Source of the DNA: Podarcis tiliguerta
Lineage: Eukaryota
Reading direction: 5' to 3' (one strand)
Length of the DNA: 64,000 nucleotides
Assembly: GCA_965153285.1 (NCBI GenBank)
Contig: OZ229116.1
Of the stretch, positions 26,746-37,005 are shown piece by piece (positions within the stretch are counted from its first letter, which is position 1; each line of letters opens with the position of its first letter). The notes beneath the pieces are model-generated. The model ran no database searches. It had not been told where the DNA came from and worked only from the letters and a program-made list of their open reading frames with translations. A program made the translations under genes and the position numbers.

Positions 26746-27889
26746 TTAAATGCAACAACAGAAAATTATAAATCCAACAATTAATGCAATTATAATCAAC
26801 AAAATTTTTCTTAACCATTCACCATTAGGTAACCAAGAGAAAAGCCATTCCCATGGGTCAAAACCCTCAGGTGGATTCAAAGGATTATGAGCTATCATTT
26901 GTTCCAACAATTAATTGTTGCAGAAATATTGATTTGATTAATCAGATATATACATACAAAAATGAAAATGAATTAAAGCACAAACTCCTAAAACATATGG
27001 ATAATGACCTAAAAATTTACTGCTATTGTAATTTTAAAAAAAAGCAATGAGACGCTGTTTCTACAAGCGACAAAAACACAGGAGATAAACTTATACAAAC
27101 ATCCTTCATATTATTGCTAATCTTATATGAAGCATTTACTAAAATAACATGCAATAAAAAATGCCAAACCGCTTTGATTGAGGAAGAATATGCATACACA
27201 TCCAACAATCAGAAAGATTAAGCATAAAAGCAAAATGATTTATGTCCTTAATATAAATATTATTACTCCAAATCTGATGATATATCTCAGGTTTTCTTGC
27301 TTTTTGTAAGGGAGCATCACGGCAGCGTCTTACAAAGTTCTGCAGGTGTTTAGAGTTGTGGGGCCCATGCCAAACTGATTGTTCATGGGGGCAATAAGGA
27401 TGAGAATGGTAGATCACCCCAATAGCTGCTTCAGAGCAACCTGCGTGATATTTCGTGGCTCGATGATTGGCATATAAAAACCACAATCTAGAAGAAGCAA
27501 CACAACCATTTTTGCAAACACAAGAGCCCATTTGCTGTAAATAGGCTACATTCACGGTTCCTTGTACTGAATCAAAATTCCAACCCCAGTTGTAGGTAGC
27601 AACACAAATGGGGTAGTCGTAATTGGGGAATAAAACCCAGGCAATTCCCCAGGCAAGATGCAGCAAAACTGTACTGGTACTTGGTAATCAAAGTGGCTTC
27701 CCAGGAGGTAGGAGGGCCAATGCGATAAGGACGGAGATGGCCCTTCAGCATGCCAGGAAACACAGGAACAGCTGCGGAAGGCACGTTGGAAGGAATGTGG
27801 CGATGTCTCCAGCTGCAATGTGGATTGAGGTCAGATGGCAGATCTCCATCGGCAGACAGCGTGAAGAATGGTTTCAAGATGCTGGTGTC
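26746..27889 (-). pseudogene. env: Gamma-type envelope remnant (SU and TM, deleted and frameshifted)
   Basis: LNLSDCWMC CXXC motif (27196-27207); GVCALIHFHFCMYISD is a CX6CC with one C>F change (26956-26982); membrane-proximal and anchor segment FDPWEWLFSWLPNGEWLRKILLIIIALIVGFIIFCCCI. The 5' boundary is uncertain. Confidence 0.85.
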
Positions 27890-28390
27890 CCAGGAAATCA
27901 GGAAAGTTGGACCTTTCCACTCTGGGTCTGGAAGCAACCTGTAAGACACTAAAGGGTGCTGCAACACTTCTTCCCTCCTGAAGTGAAGCTCAGCAGGTGT
28001 AAAATTTCTGTTGTGAGGATACAACAGATGATTTAAGGTGAATAACACTTGATGCACAATATTAGGTATTTCAGGGACAGGAGCCAAACGTCCTCCCAAT
28101 TGCTTATTGAGGAGGGTCTTAAAAGTCAAATGGGCACGCTCAACGATTGCTTGTCCTGTAGAGTTAAAGGGGATGCCATGAGTCAACTTAATATCCCACA
28201 AAGAGCAAAAGTCAGAAAAAGCCTGAAAAATATATGCAGAGCCGTTGTCAGTCTTCAAGGCATGGGGTTTTCCCATAACAGCAAAACATTTTTAAAAATG
28301 CATTTTCCTCTAAGACAAAAAAAAAAAAAACACACGAGCCAAGCCATAAAAAAAATCGCTGTAAAAAATCCAGAGCCGAGAACAAAGGTG
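27890..28390 (-). pseudogene. pol: Retroviral integrase core/C-terminal remnant (pol fragment)
   Basis: KCFAVMGKPHALKTDNGSAY...GIPFNSTGQAIVERAH with exact D-35-E spacing, then LFTLN, TPAELHF and WKGPTFLISW. The HHCC domain and first catalytic Asp are lost or frameshifted. No protease, RT or RNase H sequence seen. Confidence 0.93.
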
Positions 28391-28407
28391 CTTTCACTTT
28401 CTCAGAT

Positions 28408-28623
28408 TCAAGGCAACCTTGTCTGGGTACATTGATTTGCAACATATTTCTGGGAACAGAGCCAAGGATTGAAAAGCAACATTTGTAAGAAGAATCTGTG
28501 CAGGGGGAGAGGAAAAAAGATTGTAAAATGTTTTCGGTGCGGCCTGTCTTTTGTGAACTGAATCACACAGGTGCCTCTGCCCCCCCCCCCCCATGGCAGA
28601 AGAAAAACCACTGCAAGCTTTTC
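28408..28623 (-). pseudogene. Degenerate nucleocapsid remnant
   Basis: In the gag frame after the TGA, PWLCSQKYVANQC resembles a collapsed betaretroviral second knuckle (PGLCPRCxKGxHWANQC type). Confidence 0.45.
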
Positions 28624-29664
28624 TCAGGTTTTGTCCTTAGCAAAATTTTGAAACCCAATAGAGGTTACAGATTGGCAGGCCTTGAGTATATCTGCAATGA
28701 CTATATTAGGAGTTGTCATCAGAGGGTGCAGCGCTTGCTTACAGTCTTCACTGGCATTGTCAAACGCAAGCTGACGTACAATCACTTCTTGGGCTGCCAC
28801 ATCCTGAACTTGCCTTTTAAGAGTGCCCCATCGACCCCCTCTCTTGTTTTTGTCATCTGGGACTGAAGCCAAAGCTTCCTGAGTGACGGCAACGGTGGTA
28901 GCTTCCCAATACTGAGGATCCAGGGGCAATTGCTGAGCAATGGTAAGGAAATTTCTCCCTCCCTTCAGTCCATCGAGAACCTCAGCCTGTGTAAGCATGG
29001 CTGGGGCTGGAGGAGATGGCACAATGCCAGCAGCAGCGGCAACAGAGGAAGATAACTCTTTTATAAAACGCAAGTCAAATTGTTCATGCCTTTGAGGCCC
29101 GCCACAGGGGGAAACTGGAGCAAGCACAGGGAAAAGATTAGGTGTAGCATAATCAAATTCCAACAACGGTGCGGCTGTCTGGAGAGCTTCTTGAAGAGGA
29201 GTTGACGAAGGGGTGGAGGGGGCGCCGAGAGGCCAGGAATGCAAAGGGAGTGAGGGTGGGGGAGCTGTAGATACGGAAGGATCTGGAGCTTTCGAAGAGA
29301 CAGAAGCCGGCAGGTCCAGAATTTGTGCCGTTGGTAGGCAGGGACACAAAAACACGGAAGGTGCAGGAGGCTTTATCGCAAGGAGAATGTTTGCAGGATT
29401 TAGAAAGGACATAGCCTTGTGAACTTGGCACCAAGCATGTAAAATTCTGACATCAATCTCCGGGTGATTTTGAAAAAAATGTCCTATTTTTTCCCATTCC
29501 TTCAAATCCCACGTACCATCTTGGGGATAGCAGGGAAAATGGGTGTCAAGAGCTTCAATTAAGGCTTTGAGATCAGCATCATTCACAACAAGATTGTTGC
29601 TGGCAAGAAGAAACTTAAGTTCATCAAAAAAATTCTTTTGTGGTGGTGAAAGGGACTGCCCCAT
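28624..29664 (-). CDS. gag: Betaretrovirus-like Gag (346 aa: MA, Pro-rich region, CA with in-frame deletions, no NC)
   Basis: MGQSLS myristoylation start. FPCYPQDGTWDLKEWEKIG resembles the betaretroviral matrix motif (CPWFPEQGTLDLKDWKRIG type). CA start at FPV...FIKEL; CA-CTD at RQLAFDNASEDCKQAL...ILKACQSV. Stop precedes the zinc knuckles. Confidence 0.9.
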   Translation of the reverse strand: MGQSLSPPQKNFFDELKFLLASNNLVVNDADLKALIEALDTHFPCYPQDGTWDLKEWEKIGHFFQNHPEIDVRILHAWCQVHKAMSFLNPANILLAIKPPAPSVFLCPCLPTAQILDLPASVSSKAPDPSVSTAPPPSLPLHSWPLGAPSTPSSTPLQEALQTAAPLLEFDYATPNLFPVLAPVSPCGGPQRHEQFDLRFIKELSSSVAAAAGIVPSPPAPAMLTQAEVLDGLKGGRNFLTIAQQLPLDPQYWEATTVAVTQEALASVPDDKNKRGGRWGTLKRQVQDVAAQEVIVRQLAFDNASEDCKQALHPLMTTPNIVIADILKACQSVTSIGFQNFAKDKT

Positions 29665-29784
29665 GGTAGCAGAAAACGTAAGGGAGCTCTCACCTGGGAT
29701 CCGAAGAAGAAGAACGGATGAAGGACGCGTCTGGAACCCTGGCAGGGCGAGGTGAGCGCTGAGAAGCAACGTGAAGTCCGAAGT

Positions 29785-29802
29785 CAGTCACACGGGGCGC
29801 CA
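29785..29802 (-). promoter_or_regulatory. Primer-binding site, best match elongator tRNA-Met
   Basis: TGGCGCCCCGTGTGACTG, 2 nt after the 5' LTR. 14 of the first 15 nt match the complement of the vertebrate elongator tRNA-Met 3' end as recalled (TGGTGCCCCGTGTGAGGA); match to Lys1,2 is about 11/18. Confidence 0.75.
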
Positions 29803-29804
29803 AG

Positions 29805-30161
29805 TGACGAGAACCAGCTCGTCTTCTCTGGGATGAGGCAGTGTTTCACCAGGTTAGCTTGAAAAGAATCTCACACACCAAGCTGGATTTTTAAGGGCTC
29901 TCTCTCACACAGCTCAAAAGCTGCTGCCCACCTTTATTGAAGTCTCTGCAGGAGTCTCTCTGCAAAAGTCCTGCAACAATCTCCCAGCTAGCAGATAAAG
30001 AATGTACAGTACATCACGCCCCCTCAGATCGTGTTACACAGACCAATCGCTACATTGGCATGAACTGTTCACGCGTTGTCCATGCCCCCAAGCAGCATCT
30101 TGCTTTGTCCAGTAAGAAACTTCTTTCCATGCCAATATATATAAGCAACCATTTTCCTACA
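29805..30161 (-). repeat. ERV 5' LTR (357 bp)
   Basis: Minus strand reads TGTAGG...CTCGTCA and is followed by a 2-nt spacer and the PBS; contains CCAAT/ATTGG boxes and AATAAA (29933-29938). No differences from the other LTR found by eye. Confidence 0.97.
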
Positions 30162-33019
30162 CTAAAGTGGTACCTCAGGTTAAGAAAAGTTTCAGGTTAA
30201 GAACGGACCTCCATAATGAATTAAGTTCTTAACCTGAGGTGCCACTGTATAGCGTATATTCAACACAAAAACAGCGACAATTTGTTGTTGACAAAGGACA
30301 GCTGGACATATAAAGGGCCCCATTACCTTCAGTAGCTTAGGGCCTCATCAAACCTAAATCCGGCCCTGATCTTTGCACTAGACTTGGACTGGACAGTCCA
30401 TCAGACAGAGCAGGGGTGGCTATCTAAATGCTGCTGGAATACACACCCATCATTTTGGCATATAAGCACTTGAAGATGTGTAACAATCTAAATGAGAAAA
30501 TGTTTTGCACTTAGATGTGACAACAAGCTCTCTGGGTGCATGAAAATGCATGTTTTGGAAAAATATATATAAAATTCACAGGGAAGCAATAGTGTGTGTC
30601 ACCACACACACACCAAAAGAGGTTACATTTATAATAACATTAATAATACCATCATCGTCTTCCCTGGACATTGGTCAAGGCTGATGAGAATTAGAGTTCC
30701 CAACATCTGGAAGGCCATAGGTTCCCTATCCTTCAGGTAAAGGATGCCTTTACACAGAGACTGTAATGTGACAGCCCTTCAAACAGAGGACTCTTCTCTG
30801 CGAAGCAGGGTGGGTGACCACCATACCACAGACCCATATAAGACTTAAGAACTGGGCCCAAATTCTATTCAGACAATGTCATAAAACAGAAACATTTGAC
30901 CTCAAAGCCTTTGCTGTTTCATTTGTGTGTGTATGTGTGCTATTTTCCCCTTTTGAGATAACAATTTGCAGTGATTCATTTCTCTTCCCTTTGCTCGTTC
31001 TTTGACATCACACTCATTTTACTCTGAGCAAGCTAGTTTGTTTCTGTCCTCTGAGGAAGTTCAAGGTATAATGAGCAAAACATCCGGATTAATTAAGGAA
31101 CTTTTATGTGTATTTTTTCCTCCGTCGTAGAATAGATTGGATCGCGTCCAAACCAAGGCGGACCTCAAAGTCAGGCTGCAGCCAACAGTCATCCCAGACT
31201 GCTGACATCCAAAGAACGGTTTTACTATATTCATGATAAGAAATACCCTTGCTAAGACAAGAGGCCCTTTAAAGGCTTTAATGTCACCTTCTCAAATGTT
31301 TGCAGTGACTCCGGGCTCTTTCCAAATACTGTACAACATTTGCAAACTCGGCTGTTGCCAAGCATCATGGTGAAACGCAATGCCTTTCTGAGCATGTGAG
31401 CTTGGATGCTCACAGCATCTGAGTGCCTTGACTCGGCATCCACACACACACAGAGAGAGAGAGAGATGTACATCCCTTTCCTCTTTTGTACATATTTAAA
31501 ACCTAGGCAAGTATGTCAAAATACCATCATACTCAACCTGCTGTAAAACTGCTCCTTCCCCTCTACGCTGCCACAAATTTTACAATGCAAGGGGGACAGC
31601 GTCAGTCCCCAGTTCTGGAGCTGCCCTTTAAACGCACGCAATTGATACTGATTTATGCTGGGGAGGGAATGGGGTTTGTGGCGAGCAGGAAAAGGTTATG
31701 TTTTCATTGAAAAGTGGCTTTCATCATTTCGCTTTGCTGTGTATCTTTATGCAATCTCTGCAACCAGATGAATTGACTGAGTCACCGTCTCCCTCAGCCA
31801 TTCTGAATAAGTGCACAGTCGTCTTCTGTTTACATATCTCCCTTTTATAAGATCTCTGCCATTTTCTAGGGAATACTTTTTTAATTTTTTTAAAAAAAGG
31901 AAAGCTGCATGCCTGCATTTGTGTGTCACACACACACACATATACATAACAAAAAATGAATTGGTAGCAAATCTCCTGCTCCACTTTTAAGCGTGCCCGA
32001 CAGAATTCCTAAACTTTTCCATAAGCAGTGCCTTCTTAGGTAGGATGCTGCCTTAATGCAATTGTTCACATGGGGGTCACTAGCATACCAAGTTGATAAG
32101 GGTAAGGCCTAGATGCAGACGTCACAGGAGGATAAATAAAGTGTATAATGTTCAACAGTTTTCATTCCTTTTCTTTCCCCCTTTTTTCTTTTCTTTTTTC
32201 TTCTTTCTTTCTTTCTCCCTTCCCCCCATGCTTGGTAGAGCCGTATCATTTTATGTCACGAGGAGGCAGAAAAGCCCTAAAGATAAGTTTGAATGGAGGC
32301 AAAGTGCAAAAGATTTATTTACTGCTATTTTCTAAAAGAGGAGTCGGCAGAATTCAGGGACCTGGGGATCCATTCTCTGGCTAAAATCATTAAGCTCTTC
32401 AATTAGCAGCTGCTATTTGGCGCTCTTGTCTGTGCCTCCCACACAGCAGTGACTCTGTGGTCAGCTGACTTCTGCAGAGCCTTTGGAAACAACTGATTGG
32501 GAGGTGAGTACTGGGGCGTATTGTCCTCTGTCATCATCCCACTTCATCTCATGTGACAATTATGGAGAGGGAGAATTTAAAAAAGAAACCCAGTAACAGA
32601 AACTGCCTAATGGGAAGAGAGAAAAATGCCCCATTCTTATCACTATCTGCATAAACCATGAAGGCTGGGAGCGAGACTGAGCAGGCTTCATGTTGTGGGG
32701 AAAATGATTGTTTTCATTCCCTATTCCCTGCCCACCTCCTTGCTCGATTTGCTCACACCACAGCCAAAGCAATGAGGAAGGCTGAATGTCAGGATCCCTC
32801 CTTTAAGAAAATAATGTACACAACTTGAATAAAATATTGGAGGGCAGGCAGGCCCTGACCCACAAAATTGACCACAAGACACGGTACACGCACACTATTT
32901 GAATGGCAATGCCCATCAACTTGGGTGGATGGCACCCTAAAATATTTTAGGGGGGGCGAAGGGACCTTGGCTCCTAGCACTTGGCTCCTGTGTTAACAAA
33001 GGTCTCTTGACTCATTAAA

Positions 33020-33403
33020 GGGATGTGGGTGGAGCTGTGGTCTAAACCACTGAGCCTCTTGAGCTTGCTGATTAGAAGGTTGGCGGTTCAAATCCCCATG
33101 ACGGGGTGAGCTCCCGTTGCTCGGTCCCAGCTCCTGCCAACCTAGCAGTTCGAAAGCATGCCAGTGCAAGTTGATAAATAGGTATCGCTCTGGCAGGAAG
33201 GTAAATGGTGTTTCTATGCGCTCTGGCGCTCATCATGGTCCTCCATGCGCCAGTAGGTTTAGTCATGCTGGCCACGACCCGGAAAACTGTCTGTGGACAA
33301 ATGCCAGCTCCCTCGGCCTAAAAGTGAGATGAGCGCTGCAACCCTGTAGTCGCCTTTGACCGGACTTAACCTTCCAGGGGTCCTTGACCTTGGCCTTTTT
33401 ACC
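33020..33403 (+). mobile_element. Sauria SINE
   Basis: Same family; flanked by tgactcatta / tgacacatta (TSD). Confidence 0.9.
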
Positions 33404-33898
33404 TGACACATTACCCATTTGAGTTCACAGTTCTGTTGCAAGACATTAGAAAATCAACAGATCTGGGGGAAGACACCTTTCCGTAACATCCTATGCGCCT
33501 AAGGCAGGATCAATGTATTAATACCTTTGTCAACATACTTTGTAAAGGCATCCTAGAATCTGCAATGTTGTCCTTTAGTTCTTCTGCTTCTTCTTCTTTT
33601 TTGGAGGGGGGGTGCACTAGCTTCCCATGTAAAGCCAAACCCCTGCCGCCACCACCACTTCCAGTGACATGCTAATTCTACCTGGGTGGCTACCATGAGT
33701 GCAGTCAGATCTTTAAGCTCTAGTTCCCTTTTTTTGTCTTCCTGAAAAAGTAGCCCCGAGCCAGTGCTGGATCTAGAAGAACCATTTGCCTAGTTACTTG
33801 TGAATGTCATAATTCTAAAACACAGAAGCATCAGTTACTGAAAGCATTCCTAAAGGAAAGTGGTGTTCATTTACCATTGAGTACACTGTTAACCATTA

Positions 33899-34250
33899 GG
33901 GACATGGATGGCGTTGTGGGTTAAACCACAAAGCCTAGGACTTGCCGATCAGAAGGTCGGCGGTTTGAATCGCCACGACGGGGTGAGCTCCCGTTGCTCA
34001 GTCCCTGCTCCTGCCAACCTAGCAGTTCGAAAGCACGTCAAAGTGCAAGTAGATCAATAGGTACCGCTCCGGCAGGAAGGTAAACGGTGTTTCCGTGCGC
34101 TGCTCTGGTTCGCCAGAAGCGGCTTAGTCATGCTGGCCACATGACCTGGAAGCTGTATGCCGGCTCCCTCAGCCAGTAAAGCGAGATGAGTGCCGCAACC
34201 CCAGAGTCGGTAACGACTGGACCTAATGGTCAGGAGTTCCTTTACCTTTT
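33899..34250 (+). mobile_element. Sauria SINE
   Basis: Same family; full head, body and ACCTTT tail. Confidence 0.9.
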
Positions 34251-36819
34251 TATAGTGCTAACCGCCTCTGAGTAAAAAGTTCAGCTGTGTGAAATATGGT
34301 GATTTCTCTATAAAACATTATATCTTCAAGGTAGTGGGGGGAACCCGTTTTAAATTAGGGTTGAGTTTTTTGAAGGATGCATGGAAGGGAGGGGAAGGAT
34401 GAATGTCTGCTTATTTTGGCACTCTCTTATGACCAGTACCATGAATTGCAAAATCTAGTGCAGAATATGCCATATTTATTACATTTCTTTCCCCCCTCTC
34501 CTTCCTTCCACAAAGCTCAAGGCAGCATTCACAGGATTTCCATCCAGGCACTGACTAAAACCTAACCTTCTTAAATCATTTGCAGGGATGGCTCTTCATA
34601 AGTCTTGGTTATGTTCCATTCTTTTGCGAAAGCGAAAACAGAACAGAACAAATTTCCAGCTCTTGTGATAGCAGAAATCTGGGCAGCAAGTGTTTGAAAC
34701 CAACTGTCCTAGAATATATCCCAAACCCAAGCACTGCAATCCTCTACAAATGTTTGAAGCTTGTTTTTAATGTGAACTTGCTTTCAGTGGCTGAGACTAA
34801 GCTGGGCTGGGTTAGGAAAGTGCATCTCTCCCCGCCTTCCCCACATCATATACACAAACACACACACACTTTTTGAATGTGTGTTTATGTTTTAAATGCT
34901 GTTGTTATTTACATTAAGCCATTTGACTGAAACAGGCACTTGGGGAAGGTTGTTCTAGCTCTTTGGGACATTTCCCATGATCTACAGGCTTTGGAACAGT
35001 ACCAGTCTCCAGAATGCTGTGATATAGTGCTCAGTTACCAAATGGGGAGCTATTTTCAAGCACTGTTGTTTGATCCCTTCATTGCTTCCCCTACACGCCG
35101 CCCCCAGTCTGTATGTTCCTTGCAGCAGAAATCATTTTTTGCTTATGTTATTCTGTAAAGCACCATTTATAGCAAGGGACCAATAATTGTCATCAATATG
35201 TCTTCTCTTTCTCTGCCCATTATGCCTAGAACTCCCTTCCAGAACATCTGATTTTGCTGTACATGCAATTATCTTTTAACTCATTTGTCAAACATTCTCT
35301 CTCTCTCTTTCAGGAAGTGCTATTTTTCTAGGGGGGGGAAGGTGCCAGAACTCACCAGGAATGGCAAGTTCATCCAGTTGTATCCAAAGCAGCACTAAGT
35401 GACAGTCCCATCAACTCAAGCATTTCCACTTACACCATGGGGCTTTCACTCCCTCTCCTCTCCTTCGCACCCCCTGAATCTGTTCTAGGGGTTCTCCCAA
35501 CCCCCCAGAGCAGATTTAAGGAGGGTTTGAAGATGGAGGAGGGGGGACGTCCCATTGCATAAGCAGCAGTCCTTGCTCCAATTTGATGCGTTAGTTGGAT
35601 ACAACCCTGTGCATTTTTAATTCAGAAATAAGTCTGGGTGAGTTCTGTGGGGCTTACTCCCAACCCCAGGTACAGGTGCAGTAGGATTACAGACCCAGCT
35701 TCCCTTCTTAAGTTATAGACTCTCTCCCACCACATAGAGCATGTGTGCTACTAAACCAGGAAACATAAAAGAAGCTCAAAGTCAGCAAGTCGTGCTTACA
35801 GGTGAAAGTGGGATTTATGCACTGCGGCCCTAGTGGGCTACCTCAATGCCGCACCACAGCCCTGGCTAAATGTTCAAATTATATGTATCTTAATGTTCCA
35901 CACAGTCTGAAAGCAAGCCGGCTGTGAATTCTGAATAATATTCCAGCTCAGCACCAGCCTCCACTCCCAATATCACAGAGCTAACTGACCTTCAATTATT
36001 TCTTTTTGTGTGTCACAAGACCTTTTCTCCATCCTCTCCCCCTCCCTACCTTTAGGCTACTGGGGGTATTTTCAATTAAGAAGATCTCCATGTTGGGTCG
36101 CAGTTTTGCTATGCAAAGAGTTCAGTGCTAATAAGTAAACAGAGGAGAAGTCAGTCATAATAATTCAGGAGCAGCAGGAAGGAAAATGCATGTCTTTGTT
36201 ATAGGGCCAGTTGGAGCCAGTTCATTTTATAGAATTTCATGCCAGCTACACTCCATAAATTTTTCACAATAATCATAAAATACCTTCTTCTTCTTCTCCT
36301 CCTCCTCCCCCCTTTCTCTCTTTCTTAACACCCACCCCTTTTTTGTTGCTCTCCAGAGTTTATTCATTACACATGAAGCATATCTGGGCTGTGAAATCCG
36401 TTACTAAATACCTCAGGACCTGTCATGCCGCTGTAATTTAAATTGAATGTAACAATAACCCAGCCTGATTGCCCAGCTCACTAGTTAATGTGAGGATATT
36501 TGACTCTGTTAATCACCACAATAGCCAGGTCACATTTCCACCATTGCATAAGTAAACAGATTAACCGGCATGCAGTGCAGCCCTAACAATGTATGACAGA
36601 GAAAGCTTAAAAAAAAAAAATCAAAAGCATATTCAAGTGGCCAATATGCTGTAGTAGACAAAGCCTGGAGTTTGGGTGTAGATTACCTATGTCCAATCCC
36701 AGGTTGTTAAAAGTTTTAACACTCAGGTGTACATGGGTTCTTTTTTAAAAGGCAGGCACACACTATACCGTACCCTCCAACATTTCGCCAATGAAAACAG
36801 GGATGGCCTATTCAATAAC

Positions 36820-37005
36820 TGCTGCTGCTGCTGTTTGTTGGTTGTTGTTGTTGTTTTAACCCTGCCCACCTGACTGGGTTGCCCCAGCCACTCTGAGCAA
36901 CTTCCAACATATATTAAAACATAATAAAACATTAAACATTTAAATACTTCCCTATACAGGGCTGTCTTCTAAAGCTTGTATAGTTACATATCTCCTTGTC
37001 TCGGG
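36820..37005 (-). mobile_element. L2-type LINE 3' end
   Basis: Shares ctgggttgccccagccactctg(a/g)gca-cttccaaca with 8495-8535; simple-repeat tail. Confidence 0.75.

Larger units (their letters stand above)
26222..30161 (-). mobile_element. Endogenous retrovirus, internally deleted/non-autonomous provirus (betaretrovirus-like gag/IN, gamma-type env)
   Basis: Two 357-bp direct repeats bounded by TG...CA; 6-bp TSD CTAAAG at 26216-26221 and 30162-30167; PBS and PPT in the correct positions; gag, integrase and env remnants in retroviral order on the minus strand. Confidence 0.97.
26067..30247. mobile_element. Tc1/mariner-type MITE (~235 bp) interrupted by the ERV
   Basis: TIRs CAGTGGTACCTCGGGTTA / CAGTGGCACCTCAGGTTA (16/18); TA duplicated at 26065-26066 and 30248-30249. 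Confidence 0.88.
25838..30368. mobile_element. hAT-type MITE interrupted by the Tc1/mariner MITE and ERV
   Basis: Imperfect TIRs CAGTGCTGGGTTTA / CAGGGCCGGATTTA; 8-bp TSD ATCTTTAC (25830-25837) / ATCTTTGC (30369-30376); internal repeat agcttagggcc near both ends. Confidence 0.8.

Noticed and set aside
29665-29769. 35-aa N-terminal extension of Gag in the ORF track
   Set aside because: Starts at TTG in the leader; the myristoylation motif MGQSLS marks ATG 29664 as the real start. A non-AUG extended Gag cannot be excluded but has no support.
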